Assembly (NCBI GenBank): GCA_028712255.1
Contig: JAQTQJ010000001.1
Location: 76,366-140,365, forward strand
DNA from: Candidatus Omnitrophota bacterium
GTDB lineage: Bacteria > Omnitrophota > Gorgyraeia > Gygaellales > Profunditerraquicolaceae
Direction of reading: 5' to 3'
Length of the DNA stretch: 64,000 bases
Under the pieces are notes generated by a model. It did no database searches and had not been told where the DNA came from. It worked only from the letters and a program-made list of their open reading frames with translations. A program made the translations under genes and the position numbers. Below, piece by piece: positions 41,625 through 51,779 of this stretch (the stretch's first letter is position 1; every line of letters starts with the position of its first letter).

Positions 41625-42410
41625 ATGAATGAAGCTGAATTAGTCTTAAGCCATATTTTAAATTGCGATAGATTGTCTTTATACCTGAATAAAAATAGTA
41701 GTTTGAATAAAGATAAATCAGTTTTGGTCTCAAAGATACTAAAGCGCAGGATCTCTGGTGAGCCGCTGCAATATATTTTGGGTAAGACTGAATTTATGGG
41801 GTTGGAGTTTAAGGTAGACAGGCGAGCTTTGATTCCCCGTCCGGAGACCGAGATCTTAGTTGACTTGGCGATAAGAGAATTAAAGGGCTCAGGCCTTGTT
41901 TTCCCTAAAGTCCTTGATCTTGGCACAGGAAGCGGTTGCATTGCTGTTTCAATTGTTAAGTTTCTTCCTTCTGCAGTTGTTTGGGCTGTTGATATATCAA
42001 AAGAAGTTCTTGTGTTAGCCGAAGAAAATGCCCATTTGAATAAAGTAAAGGTTAAATTTCTGCGCAGCGATATATTTGGCGCTTTTGGTCATAGAAAAGA
42101 ACAGTTTGATTTAATTATCAGTAATCCTCCTTATGTGGCAGCCTCTGAGTTTAGTAGCTTGCCTCTTGGAATATCTTTTGAACCTGCGTGCGCTTTAGAA
42201 GCAGGTGTTGATGGTTTGGATTTTTATCGAAAAATAATTAAGCAGGCAGCGGCGTATTTAAATAAAGGCGGTTTATTAGCTTTTGAAGTTGGGATTAACC
42301 AGTCAGATCCGGTGAAGGCTCTGCTGGAAGAAGAAAATTTTAGTGATATAAGAATAATTAAAGATTATAATAATATCAACCGTGTGGTGATGTCAAAGAT
42401 AAAGGATTAA
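41625..42410 (+). CDS. prmC: Release factor glutamine N5-methyltransferase
   Basis: NPPY motif and SAM-binding motif DLGTGSGCIA. Confidence 0.9.
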   Translation: MNEAELVLSHILNCDRLSLYLNKNSSLNKDKSVLVSKILKRRISGEPLQYILGKTEFMGLEFKVDRRALIPRPETEILVDLAIRELKGSGLVFPKVLDLGTGSGCIAVSIVKFLPSAVVWAVDISKEVLVLAEENAHLNKVKVKFLRSDIFGAFGHRKEQFDLIISNPPYVAASEFSSLPLGISFEPACALEAGVDGLDFYRKIIKQAAAYLNKGGLLAFEVGINQSDPVKALLEEENFSDIRIIKDYNNINRVVMSKIKD

Positions 42411-42414
42411 GCAA

Positions 42415-43677
42415 ATGGATAAATTGGTGATTGAGGGCGGAGTTAAATTAAAAGGCGAGGTAACTGTCTCTGGGGCTAAAAACGCTGTGCTGCCGATACT
42501 AGCGGCAACTTTACTTACTGATGAGCCCTGCGAAATCAGAGGAGTACCGAATCTGCGTGATACTAATAGTATGCTTAAGATCCTGCGCTCTTTAGGAAAA
42601 GCCGCCGAGTTTGATAAAGGCAGGGTGGTTGTTGCTAAGGGTAAAATTACAAGTTATGTTGCTGAATATAAATTAGTTTCGACAATGCGCGCTTCATTTT
42701 GTGTCTTAGGCCCGTTGTTAGGTAAATTAAAACGGGCAAAAGTTTCTCTTCCCGGAGGCTGTGTTATCGGCGTGCGGCCGGTTGACCTGCATCTTAAAGG
42801 AATTAAGGCTTTAGGTGCAGATATTAGTATTGACGCTGGCTATGTTATTGCAAAAGCTGCGAAGTTACGCGGCGCATATGTTTATTTAGGTGGCGTTTAT
42901 GGTTCATCAGTTTTAGCTACTGATAATGTAATGATGGCTGCGGTTTTAGCAGATGGCAAGACCATAATTGAATCGGCTGCCTGCGAACCGGAGGTGGTAG
43001 ATCTGGCAGAGTTTTTAATTAAAATGGGCGCAAAAATTAAGGGTCATGGCACGCCGGTTATTGAAATAGAAGGGGTAAAACATTTGCATGGCGCGGCACA
43101 TTCTATAATTCCTGATCGTATTGAAGCCGGAACTTTAATTTTAGCCTCATTGATAACCGGCGGTGATGTTTTGATCAAAAACATACGGTATCAACATTTG
43201 GGATCGCTGATTGATAAATTAGCTGAGGCTGGTGCTAATATTGTACATACTGATGGATCTTTACGTGTTAAAGGAAACAGGAGGTTAAAGAGCGTAAATA
43301 TAACTACGCTTCCGTATCCGGGATTTCCTACAGATATGCAGGCGCAGATGATGAGTTTAATGTCAGTAACAGGCGGCATTAGCGTGATTACCGAGAAAAT
43401 CTATCCTGACAGGTTTATGCATGTTTCCGAGCTTAATCGTATGGGCGCGCATATTCAGAGAGAAGGCCCGCATGCTATTGTCGAAGGTATTAAAAAATTA
43501 TCCGGAGCTCCGGTTATGGCTAGCGACCTACGGGCATCCGCGGGTTTAGTTTTAGCGGGGCTGGCAGCGGTTGGTAAAACATCGGTCTCCAGGATTTATC
43601 ATTTAGAGCGCGGCTATGAATTTATCGAAGAAAAATTAATTAATCTGGGCGCCAGAGTTTGGAGGGAAAAAGAATGA
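42415..43677 (+). CDS. murA: UDP-N-acetylglucosamine 1-carboxyvinyltransferase
   Basis: EPSP-synthase fold; 420 aa; the active-site Cys loop is conserved. Confidence 0.95.
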   Translation: MDKLVIEGGVKLKGEVTVSGAKNAVLPILAATLLTDEPCEIRGVPNLRDTNSMLKILRSLGKAAEFDKGRVVVAKGKITSYVAEYKLVSTMRASFCVLGPLLGKLKRAKVSLPGGCVIGVRPVDLHLKGIKALGADISIDAGYVIAKAAKLRGAYVYLGGVYGSSVLATDNVMMAAVLADGKTIIESAACEPEVVDLAEFLIKMGAKIKGHGTPVIEIEGVKHLHGAAHSIIPDRIEAGTLILASLITGGDVLIKNIRYQHLGSLIDKLAEAGANIVHTDGSLRVKGNRRLKSVNITTLPYPGFPTDMQAQMMSLMSVTGGISVITEKIYPDRFMHVSELNRMGAHIQREGPHAIVEGIKKLSGAPVMASDLRASAGLVLAGLAAVGKTSVSRIYHLERGYEFIEEKLINLGARVWREKE

Positions 43678-44240
43678 TTTTAATGATTGATAATTATGAT
43701 TCTTTTACCTACAACCTTGTCCAATACTTAGAAGAATTGGGGCAAAAGGTACAGGTTTATCGTAATGACGCGCTAACGATTAAGGATATTGCAAAGCTTA
43801 ATCCTGATAGGATTGTTATATCTCCGGGTCCGGGAAGGCCAGAGGATGCCGGTATTTCCTGTGAAGTTATTAAGGAATTTTGCGGGAAGATTCCTATTCT
43901 GGGAGTCTGCCTTGGGCATCAGGCAATAGGCTATGTTTTTGGAGGTAAGATTGTGGGCGCCAAAAAACTAATGCATGGGAAGACTTCCAAGATTTATCAT
44001 AATAAAAAAGATATTTTCAAGAATATTCCCAACCCATTTTTAGCTACTCGCTATCATTCTTTATTGGTGGATCAAAAGAGCCTGCCGGAGTGCCTTGAAA
44101 TAATTGCAAGCACCAAGGAAAATGAAATTATGGGGCTAAAACATAAAGCATATCCTCTATGGGGAGTGCAGTTTCATCCGGAATCTATACTTACCAAAAG
44201 CGGCAAGCAAATATTGGATAACTTTATTAAATTAAAATAA
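43674..44240 (+). CDS. trpG: Anthranilate synthase component II / PabA-type glutamine amidotransferase
   Basis: Class I GATase triad (GVCLGHQ...HPE); ATGA overlap with the murA stop. Confidence 0.85.
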   Translation: MILMIDNYDSFTYNLVQYLEELGQKVQVYRNDALTIKDIAKLNPDRIVISPGPGRPEDAGISCEVIKEFCGKIPILGVCLGHQAIGYVFGGKIVGAKKLMHGKTSKIYHNKKDIFKNIPNPFLATRYHSLLVDQKSLPECLEIIASTKENEIMGLKHKAYPLWGVQFHPESILTKSGKQILDNFIKLK

Positions 44241-44256
44241 TATTACTATTTAATTG

Positions 44257-44298
44257 GTGTCATTGCGACCCGCCAAGATTTGTGGCGGCCAAGCAATT
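44257..44298. repeat. Partial copy C of palindromic element family 2 (GTGTCATTGCGAC plus the CCGCCA-N7-TGGCGG hairpin)
   Basis: It shares the left terminal repeat and the internal hairpin with copies A, D and E. Confidence 0.6.
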
Positions 44299-44310
44299 TC
44301 TTAGAAAACA

Positions 44311-45321
44311 ATGATAAAGGATCTAATTAAACAACTGCTTGATAAAAAAGATCTGACTGAATCACAGATGCAGCAGGTGATGCAGGAGATCTTGAGCGGC
44401 ACAGTTGATACTGCGGATATTATTGCGTTTTTAACTTCACTCAATGATAAAGGCGAAACAGTAGAAGAATTAACGGCTGCGGTAAATGTAATGCTCAAAT
44501 ATGTCGAGCCGATTATTATAGATAAGCCAAATATTCTGGATACTTGCGGAACCGGCGGAGATAAGAAGGGGACTTTTAATATTTCAACCCTTACCGCTTT
44601 AGTTGCCAGCGGCGCCGGTGTTACCGTGGCTAAGCACGGAAATCGCTCAGTATCTAGTAAATGCGGCAGCGCAGATATCTTAGAGGCATTGGGCGTAAAC
44701 ATTAATATGGATAAGGTAAAAATTAAGCGATGCCTTGAGGAGATAGGCATCGCTTTTTTATTTGCACCGAATCTGCATCCGGCGATGCGTTTTGTTATGC
44801 CGGCAAGAAAACAGATTGCCCAGAAAACCATGTTTAATATTTTAGGGCCGTTGATTAATCCTGCGCGCGCCACTAATCAGCTAATCGGCGTATATTCTAA
44901 AGAATGGTCCAGGCCCTTGGCGCAAGTTTTACATAATTTAGGCTCAAAGCATATTCTGGTAGTGTATGGGGCCGATGGCCTGGATGAAGTAACAATTACC
45001 GATAAGACATTTGTTGCTGAGGTAGTTGGCGGTTCATTAAAAGAATATGAAATTACTCCTGAGGATTTTGGTTTTAAAAGGGCTAGAATAAATGATCTAT
45101 TGGGCGGATCAATCCAAGAGAATGTGTTGATTGCCCGTAATGTATTGGCAGGGGGAAAAGGTACTCATCGAGATATTGTTTTACTTAACGCCGGATGCGC
45201 TATATATGCTGCAGATAAAGCTAAAACGGTCCAAGAGGGGATAAAACTTGCGGAAAAATCAATTGATTCCGGACAGGCAGCAAAGAAACTTGAGTTATTA
45301 AAGGAGTATTCACAATTATAG
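44311..45321 (+). CDS. trpD: Anthranilate phosphoribosyltransferase
   Basis: GTGGD motif; 336 aa. Confidence 0.95.
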   Translation: MIKDLIKQLLDKKDLTESQMQQVMQEILSGTVDTADIIAFLTSLNDKGETVEELTAAVNVMLKYVEPIIIDKPNILDTCGTGGDKKGTFNISTLTALVASGAGVTVAKHGNRSVSSKCGSADILEALGVNINMDKVKIKRCLEEIGIAFLFAPNLHPAMRFVMPARKQIAQKTMFNILGPLINPARATNQLIGVYSKEWSRPLAQVLHNLGSKHILVVYGADGLDEVTITDKTFVAEVVGGSLKEYEITPEDFGFKRARINDLLGGSIQENVLIARNVLAGGKGTHRDIVLLNAGCAIYAADKAKTVQEGIKLAEKSIDSGQAAKKLELLKEYSQL

Positions 45322-45337
45322 TTATTGGTAAAAACTT

Positions 45338-45432
45338 GTCATCCTGAGCCCGCCATTGATTTAGTGGCGGGCGAAGGATCTAGGTGTAAGATTCTTCGTC
45401 GTCCCGCCAATGGCGGGACTCCTCAGAATGAC
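45338..45432. repeat. MITE/REP-like palindromic element, family 2 copy D (95 bp). Outer inverted repeat GTCATCCTGAG/CTCAGAATGAC; inner CGAAGGATC/GATTCTTCG; two CCCGCCA...TGGCGGG hairpins.
   Basis: Read from the sequence; splits trpD from trpC. Confidence 0.75.
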
Positions 45433-45458
45433 GATGATGTAAATGGAGAAACTCAACA

Positions 45459-46247
45459 ATGGCTAAAAAAGACGTATTAAAAGAGATTGTCGCTAAAAAG
45501 AAAGAAAAGATTGCTTTGGCTATTACGCAATTAAGCCTGGAAGAGTTATCTACTAAGTTAGTTGGTTTGCCGGCTACTCGTCCCTTTAAAGAGGCAATTA
45601 GCAAACCTAAACAGATATCTCTTATTGCTGAAATTAAGCAGGCTTCGCCTTCCAAGGGATTAATCCGGCAGAATTTTAATTTACTGGAGATTGCGCAGGC
45701 TTATCAGAATGCTGGGGCGCAAGCTGTTTCAGTATTGACCGAGGAGGACTATTTTGGCGGCAATCCTGCTAATATCGCAGAAGCAAAAAAAATATTTACT
45801 GGGCCGATTTTGAGAAAAGATTTTATTTTAGAAAGCTATCAAGTTTATGAATCTAGATATTTAGGAGCTGATGCTATTTTATTGATTGCAGATTTATTGA
45901 CTAAAGATAAATTAGTAGAATTTATGCGTATTGCTGATAGCTTGGGGCTTGATTATATTGTTGAAGTACATGATGAGAAGGAGTTAAAGAAAATCTTGAG
46001 TTTAAAGGTTCCGATAATCGGGATCAATAATCGTAATTTACATACGCTTGAGGTTGATTTTAAGACCACGGAAAAATTATTTACTCTTATTCCTAAAGAT
46101 AAAATAGTGGTTGTAGAGAGCGGGATTAAAAGTTCCCAGGATGTTTTATTCCTAAAAATTCTCGGGGCAAGTGCCGTATTAATTGGCACTACCTTTATGG
46201 AGTCAGCTGACATAAAGGTTAAAGTAGAAGAGGTAATGGGATGGTGA
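45459..46247 (+). CDS. trpC: Indole-3-glycerol phosphate synthase
   Basis: IAEIKQASPSKG motif. Confidence 0.95.
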   Translation: MAKKDVLKEIVAKKKEKIALAITQLSLEELSTKLVGLPATRPFKEAISKPKQISLIAEIKQASPSKGLIRQNFNLLEIAQAYQNAGAQAVSVLTEEDYFGGNPANIAEAKKIFTGPILRKDFILESYQVYESRYLGADAILLIADLLTKDKLVEFMRIADSLGLDYIVEVHDEKELKKILSLKVPIIGINNRNLHTLEVDFKTTEKLFTLIPKDKIVVVESGIKSSQDVLFLKILGASAVLIGTTFMESADIKVKVEEVMGW

Positions 46248-46855
46248 GGGTAAAAATCTGCGGAATTACTAATTTAGAGGATGCGCTGTTTAGTTATTTT
46301 TCAGGTGCGCATGCCTTGGGATTTGTTTTTTATAAAAAAAGCCCTCGGTATATCAGCCTTCAGAAGGCAAAAAATATAGCGCGGATTTTACCGAAGAAAA
46401 TTAAACTGGTAGGAGTCTTTGTCGATGAAAAAGTCTCAACTGTAAAGAGGATTGCCAAGCTTTGTGATTTAGATATGTTACAATTTCATGGAAAGGAATC
46501 TCCCGAATATTGTCAGAAATTTAAAAGTTATAAAGTCATCAAGGCTTTCAGAATAAATAAAAAAGAAGATTTAGACAATATTTCTAAATATAAAACCTTT
46601 GCTTATTTATTTGATAGTTTTTCTAAAGACGCATTTGGCGGAACAGGCAATAAATTTAACTGGAAAATTCTTGAACAAACAGCTAAAATGAAGCCTGTTG
46701 TGTTTTTGTCTGGCGGGTTAACCAGCAGCAATGTGTACCACGCAATCAAATTGTTAAAACCTGACTGGGTGGATGTTTCAAGCAGCCTTGAATCAAAGCC
46801 AGGCAAAAAAGATCATAAGAAAATTACCAAATTTATTCAATCAGCTAAACGATGA
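46241..46855 (+). CDS. trpF: Phosphoribosylanthranilate isomerase
   Basis: KICGIT N-terminal motif; lies between trpC and trpB. Confidence 0.9.
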   Translation: MVRVKICGITNLEDALFSYFSGAHALGFVFYKKSPRYISLQKAKNIARILPKKIKLVGVFVDEKVSTVKRIAKLCDLDMLQFHGKESPEYCQKFKSYKVIKAFRINKKEDLDNISKYKTFAYLFDSFSKDAFGGTGNKFNWKILEQTAKMKPVVFLSGGLTSSNVYHAIKLLKPDWVDVSSSLESKPGKKDHKKITKFIQSAKR

Positions 46856-48027
46856 AAAATAAAATACCGGATAAAACTGGGCACTTTGGTTTGTTTGGGG
46901 GAAGATTTGTCCCTGAGACGCTGATTTATGCTCTGGATGAACTGGAGAAGGAATATTCTTTAGCTAAAAAAGATAAAAAGTTTGCTAAAGAGCTGGATTT
47001 TTATCTACGCGAATACGCCGGCAGGCCTACCCCACTATATCTGGCAAAAAACTTAAGCCAATATTTAGGGATAAAAAAAGTTTATCTGAAAAGAGAAGAC
47101 CTTTTACATACCGGTGCGCATAAAATCAATAATACCTTAGGCCAGGTACTTCTGGCAGTTAGAATGGGTAAACGAAGATTAATTGCTGAGACCGGGGCAG
47201 GTCAACATGGAGTAGCTACGGCGACGGTTGCGGCATTATTCGGATTAAAGTGCGATATATATATGGGGCAGGAAGATATAGAGCGTCAGGCTTTAAATGT
47301 CATGCGCATGAAGTTACTTGGGGCAACTGTTATTAGCGTAAAAAGCGGAACACAAACCTTAAAAGATGCGATGACTGAGGCTTTGCGTGATTGGGTAACT
47401 AATGTGCGCAATACCTATTATGTTATCGGTACAGTTGCCGGGCCGCATCCTTATCCTGGAATGGTACGGAATTTTCAACGTGTAATCGGAGATGAAGCTA
47501 AAGCCCAAATTCTAAAAAAAGAAAATCGCCTTCCGGATTTCTTGATAGCTTGTATTGGCGGCGGTAGTAATGCCATGGGGTTATTTCATCCGTTTTCTGA
47601 TGATGTAAAGGTAAAGATGATTGGAGTAGAGGCTGCAGGTTTAGGAATTGCTTCAGGTAAACATTCTGCTAGCCTTGAGTATGGCTCAACCGGAGTATTA
47701 CATGGCTCAAAATCTAAAATTTTAGAGGATAAATTCGGCCAAATCAAAAATGCTCATTCTGTTGCCGCAGGCCTTGATTATCCTGGCGTTGGCCCGGAAC
47801 ATGCATATTATCAACAAATAAAACGCGCTGATTATGTAGCTATCACTGATAAAGAAGCCCTGGAGGGATTCAGGCTGTTATCTAAAGTAGAAGGAATTAT
47901 TCCTGCATTGGAATCTGCGCATGCAATTGCCTATTTAAAGAAAGCATCAAAATCAATTAAGAAGGATGCGACAGTTATAGTTTGCCTTTCCGGAAGAGGG
48001 GATAAGGATCTGCATGAATCGTATTGA
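46852..48027 (+). CDS. trpB: Tryptophan synthase beta chain
   Basis: PLP lysine region HTGAHKINN and GGGSNA. Confidence 0.95.
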   Translation: MKNKIPDKTGHFGLFGGRFVPETLIYALDELEKEYSLAKKDKKFAKELDFYLREYAGRPTPLYLAKNLSQYLGIKKVYLKREDLLHTGAHKINNTLGQVLLAVRMGKRRLIAETGAGQHGVATATVAALFGLKCDIYMGQEDIERQALNVMRMKLLGATVISVKSGTQTLKDAMTEALRDWVTNVRNTYYVIGTVAGPHPYPGMVRNFQRVIGDEAKAQILKKENRLPDFLIACIGGGSNAMGLFHPFSDDVKVKMIGVEAAGLGIASGKHSASLEYGSTGVLHGSKSKILEDKFGQIKNAHSVAAGLDYPGVGPEHAYYQQIKRADYVAITDKEALEGFRLLSKVEGIIPALESAHAIAYLKKASKSIKKDATVIVCLSGRGDKDLHESY

Positions 48028-48799
48028 TAATAAATTTAGCCAATTAAAGAAGCAGGGAAGAAGAGCGTTTATTGCTTTTATAACCGCAGGTTACCCGGAT
48101 TTATCTACGACTTCAAAACTGGTCATTGCATTTGATAAGAAAGGCGTAGATATCATTGAATTAGGTGTGCCTTTTTCTGATCCTTTGGCTGACGGCCCGG
48201 TAATCCAGGAGGCCTCAGGATATTCTCTTAAAAAAGGAACTAATCTGGTTAAAATTTTAGATTTAGTGAAGAAATTACGTAAGTATGTGAGCTTGCCGAT
48301 ATGTTTGATGACTTACTACAATCCAGTTTTTTGTTATGGAGAGAAGCGTTTTGTGGATAAGGCTGTGGCTTGCGGAGTTGATGGGGTAATTATTCCGGAT
48401 TTGCCGCCTGAGGAGGCAAAAGAATTCATTCATTACGCCAACCAGAAGGGTTTGAACAATATTTGTTTTGTTGCTCCGACCAGTACCCAGGCGCGGATTA
48501 AATTAATCTCTAAAGTTGATAAAGGTTTTATTTATTATGTTTCTTTGACTGGGGTAACCGGAAGTCGCAAAAGCTTAAGTGCGGATTTAAAAGCTAACCT
48601 TGTAAAAATAAAAAAGGTTACTACCAAACCAATTTGCGTAGGATTCGGTATTTCTGACGCGCATCAGGTTAAAGAAGTGTCTAAACTCTGCGACGGGGTA
48701 ATTGTTGGCAGCGCAATTGTAGATAAAATCAGAAAAAATATCGGCCATCCTAATCTGGTGCAAAAAGTAGCCAACTTTGTAGAAAGCCTCAATGTATAA
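48014..48799 (+). CDS. trpA: Tryptophan synthase alpha chain
   Basis: TIM barrel; [12 protein letters not shown] motif. Confidence 0.95.
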   Translation: MNRIDNKFSQLKKQGRRAFIAFITAGYPDLSTTSKLVIAFDKKGVDIIELGVPFSDPLADGPVIQEASGYSLKKGTNLVKILDLVKKLRKYVSLPICLMTYYNPVFCYGEKRFVDKAVACGVDGVIIPDLPPEEAKEFIHYANQKGLNNICFVAPTSTQARIKLISKVDKGFIYYVSLTGVTGSRKSLSADLKANLVKIKKVTTKPICVGFGISDAHQVKEVSKLCDGVIVGSAIVDKIRKNIGHPNLVQKVANFVESLNV

Positions 48800-50060
48800 A
48801 AGAAGTAAATTAAGTAACGGTTTAAGGGTAATCACCAAATGTCTGAAACAGGCGCAATCGGTTTCTCTTGGGATTTGGATTAATACTGGCGGCCGCTATG
48901 AGATAGATTCTCAAAAAGGCATCTCGCATTATCTGGAGCATCTGCTTTTTAAAGGCAGCAAAAAATACTCTTGTCGTTTGATTAAAGAATCAATTGAAGG
49001 AATAGGGGGTTCTTTAAATGGTTTTACCTCTGAAGAGCTCACCTGCTATTTGGTGAAGATTCCCAGCCGCTATTTAGTTTCTGCTTTTGATATCCTTTCC
49101 GATATGGTTACTTTCCCAAGCTTAAAACAGGTGGATATCGATAAAGAGAGGACTGTTATTCTAGAAGAGCTCAAAATGTATAGGGATCTTCCGCAGAATT
49201 ATGTTTATGAGTTGTTAGATGAACTGCTTTGGCCAGCCCAACCATTGGGAACGCCGATAATCGGGACAATTGAGTCGCTAAATGGTATTAACCGTGATGT
49301 TCTAAAACGTTATCAAGTCAGCCACTATACCCCGGCAAATATCGTAGTCAGCGCAGCCGGATTATTAGAGCATGATCTCCTGCTGAAAAAAGTTTCTGCT
49401 AAGTTTTCTTCAACGACAACCTCTAAATTAAATACATTTATTCCGGTTAAAGAAAACCAGGATAAGCCGCAGTTAAAAATCTTTAATAAAGATACCGAAC
49501 AGACACATATGGCTCTGGGGTTTCATTCTTTAAAGCGCGATGATCCTTTAAGGCATGCTCAGGCGATTTTGCATATAATTTTAGGCGCCAATATGTCCAG
49601 CCGCCTATTTAATGAGGTGAGGGAAAAAAGAGGGTTGGCTTATGAGATTGGCACGGGGTTAAAGCGTTTTCATGATACCGGAGCATTCTTGGTCCACGCT
49701 GGTATTGATAACCGTAAGGTGGAAGATTGTCTGAGTTTAATCTTTCAGGAGCTGGGTAAAGTACGCAAAACCATTGTGCGTAAAGACGAATTCAAGCGGG
49801 CAAAGGAGTTTTACCTGGGCCAACTAAGCCTTGCCCTTGAAGACACTATGGAGTATATGCTTTGGATGGGAGAGAGCGTTGCCTGTTTGGATAAGGCATA
49901 TTCATTGGAGCAGGTGATTAAAGAAGTAAATAAGGTAAGTATGGAAGATGTGCGTAAAATTGCCGCCGGAATATTTGATAATAAAAAAATAAACTTAGCT
50001 TTGATTGGCCCACTTGAGAAAAGCCAGCAAAATATCTACGCAAAGCTTAATTTAGGATAA
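48792..50060 (+). CDS. M16-family zinc peptidase (insulinase/pitrilysin-like)
   Basis: Inverted zinc motif HYLEHLLF...E. Confidence 0.85.
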   Translation: MYKRSKLSNGLRVITKCLKQAQSVSLGIWINTGGRYEIDSQKGISHYLEHLLFKGSKKYSCRLIKESIEGIGGSLNGFTSEELTCYLVKIPSRYLVSAFDILSDMVTFPSLKQVDIDKERTVILEELKMYRDLPQNYVYELLDELLWPAQPLGTPIIGTIESLNGINRDVLKRYQVSHYTPANIVVSAAGLLEHDLLLKKVSAKFSSTTTSKLNTFIPVKENQDKPQLKIFNKDTEQTHMALGFHSLKRDDPLRHAQAILHIILGANMSSRLFNEVREKRGLAYEIGTGLKRFHDTGAFLVHAGIDNRKVEDCLSLIFQELGKVRKTIVRKDEFKRAKEFYLGQLSLALEDTMEYMLWMGESVACLDKAYSLEQVIKEVNKVSMEDVRKIAAGIFDNKKINLALIGPLEKSQQNIYAKLNLG

Positions 50061-50062
50061 TA

Positions 50063-51064
50063 ATGATAATATTTTTAATTTTACTGCTATTAGCTGTACT
50101 TTCATTCTTCTTTTCCTCTTCAGAAACTTCGATTATCGGGTTAAGCAAAATTAAACTGCGCCATATGATGCAAAAAGGGGTTAAGGGCGCTGCGAACATT
50201 CAGCGGCTTGTCTTAAAGTTAGACAAAGTAATCGCTGCGATACTTATCGGTAATAATATTGTTAACATTGCCGTCTCATCGATTGTAACGGGCGTATTCG
50301 TCCAGATTTATGGATACCGCTTGGGTGTTGTTGCTTCTACATTTATAACCACTTTGGTTTTGCTTATTTTCTGCGAGGTAACTCCCAAGATTCTTGCGGC
50401 TAAGCATGCAGAAAAGATGGCTCTTCTTACTGCGCCGTTAATGGAGATAGTTTTAGTAATCTTTAAGCCCTTGATCATATTTTTTATCGGTATCAGTAAT
50501 TTTATCTTAAAGATTTTTGGTTTAAGCGTTACCAAGAAGTCTCCCTTGATTACCGAAGAAGAGTTAAAGACGATGATTGAAATGGGGCAGGAGGCGGGGG
50601 TTTTAAGCGAAGAGGAGCGTAAGATGCTCCACCGTATCTTTGAGTTTGGGGATACTAAGCTCATGGATATCATGGTGCCTAAAGAGAAAATTATTGCTGT
50701 AAATATTAATACTAACTCTGATGACTTATTGAATATCTTTGTGGAAGAGGGGCATGCTCGTCTTCCGGTATATAAGGAGACTAAAGATAATATCGTAGGC
50801 ATAGTTTATGCCCAGGATTTACTCTATATATTGCGCGAAAAAGGCTTGTTTCTCTTGCAGGATTTGCTTCATGAAGCCTGTTTTGTCTCCAGCACAACGC
50901 GCGTAAATGACCTTTTAAGAAGATTTCAGGCAGAGAAGATGCAGATTGCTATTATCGTGGATAAAGATAAAAAAACATTGGGATTGGTAACTTTAGAAGA
51001 TTTGATTGAAGAGATTGTTGGTGAGATAGAAGAAAAGCGCCATATAAGAAAGTCTGTTAAATAG
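50063..51064 (+). CDS. CNNM/HlyC-family membrane protein (DUF21 transmembrane domain plus a CBS pair)
   Basis: Four N-terminal TM helices followed by a tandem CBS domain. Confidence 0.85.
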   Translation: MIIFLILLLLAVLSFFFSSSETSIIGLSKIKLRHMMQKGVKGAANIQRLVLKLDKVIAAILIGNNIVNIAVSSIVTGVFVQIYGYRLGVVASTFITTLVLLIFCEVTPKILAAKHAEKMALLTAPLMEIVLVIFKPLIIFFIGISNFILKIFGLSVTKKSPLITEEELKTMIEMGQEAGVLSEEERKMLHRIFEFGDTKLMDIMVPKEKIIAVNINTNSDDLLNIFVEEGHARLPVYKETKDNIVGIVYAQDLLYILREKGLFLLQDLLHEACFVSSTTRVNDLLRRFQAEKMQIAIIVDKDKKTLGLVTLEDLIEEIVGEIEEKRHIRKSVK

Positions 51065-51073
51065 TAAGATAAA

Positions 51074-51107
51074 GGGGGGAAGTTTTCCTTAAGGGAAACG
51101 TCCCCCC
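51074..51107. terminator. Imperfect 34-bp palindrome GGGGGGAAGTTTTCCTT|AAGGGAAACGTCCCCCC; palindrome family 1 (shares GGGAAACGTCCCC with the 25391 copy)
   Basis: Direct sequence inspection; immediately follows the CNNM gene stop. Confidence 0.6.
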
Positions 51108-51130
51108 TTATCCATCATATTTTAAATAAT

Positions 51131-51159
51131 TTGACATCAAAATTAAGCTATGTTAAAAT
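51131..51159 (+). promoter_or_regulatory. Sigma-70-like promoter: TTGACA, 17-nt spacer, TAAAAT
   Basis: -35 at 51131-51136 and -10 at 51154-51159, upstream of the small zinc-ribbon ORF and rsfS. Confidence 0.55.
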
Positions 51160-51205
51160 TAATAACAGTCTAAATATGTATGCAACATAAAATAGGAGGA
51201 AACAA

Positions 51206-51358
51206 ATGGCTGAAACAGGATATTGTGTAAAATGTAAAGGTAAGAAATCAATGAAAGATGAGCAGAAGGTAACTATGAAAAACGGCCGCGCCGCCATGAA
51301 AGGTAAATGCCCTGAATGCGGAACCGGAATGTATAAGATCTTAGGAAAAGCTAAGTAA
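51206..51358 (+). CDS. 50-aa zinc-ribbon protein (CxxC...CxxC); below the ORF-track length cutoff
   Basis: GGAGG RBS 6 nt before the ATG; MAETGYCVKCKGKK...GKCPECGTGMYKILGKAK. Confidence 0.6.
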   Translation: MAETGYCVKCKGKKSMKDEQKVTMKNGRAAMKGKCPECGTGMYKILGKAK

Positions 51359-51385
51359 TTGTCTTTCTAGAATAGAGGTAAAAAA

Positions 51386-51742
51386 ATAGACTCAAAAACT
51401 TTAGCGCAACGCATTGCCTGGGTTGCTAAATCCAAAAAAGCCGAAAATGTTGTAATTCTGGATGTTTCCAAGGTAGCCGGGTACTGTGACTATTTTGTTA
51501 TTGCCAGCGGTACTTCGATAAGGCAGGCTACTGCGATTGCCCAGGCAATTCAGGATGATCTGGAATTAAAAAAGATAAAATCTCTCTCTAAGATTTCTCG
51601 AAACGATGAATCAGGGTGGATTGCTTTGGATTATGTTTCGGTAATCGCCCATTCGTTTTATGAACCGGTGAGAGATTTTTATTCTTTAGAGGGGCTTTGG
51701 TCTGACGCCAAGCGAGTTAGGTATAAGGCTCCTAAGAAATAA
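51386..51742 (+). CDS. rsfS: Ribosomal silencing factor RsfS (Iojap family); the start codon is uncertain
   Basis: The open frame runs 51371-51742 and encodes ...VVILDVSKVAGYCDYFVIASGTS..., but has no ATG/GTG/TTG before the conserved core. ATA at 51386 sits 7 nt after an AGAGG RBS. Confidence 0.7.
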   Translation: MDSKTLAQRIAWVAKSKKAENVVILDVSKVAGYCDYFVIASGTSIRQATAIAQAIQDDLELKKIKSLSKISRNDESGWIALDYVSVIAHSFYEPVRDFYSLEGLWSDAKRVRYKAPKK

Positions 51743-51779
51743 CTTACCCCAATCTGTTGCAACCGTTTTAACCAAAATA

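Noticed and set aside
44301-44873. 190-aa ORF on the minus strand
   Set aside because: It is entirely antisense to trpD, which has unambiguous family motifs. The same holds for antisense ORFs inside nusA (16226-17118), infB (17540-18890), the CNNM gene (50308-50802) and rpmB (55180-55422).
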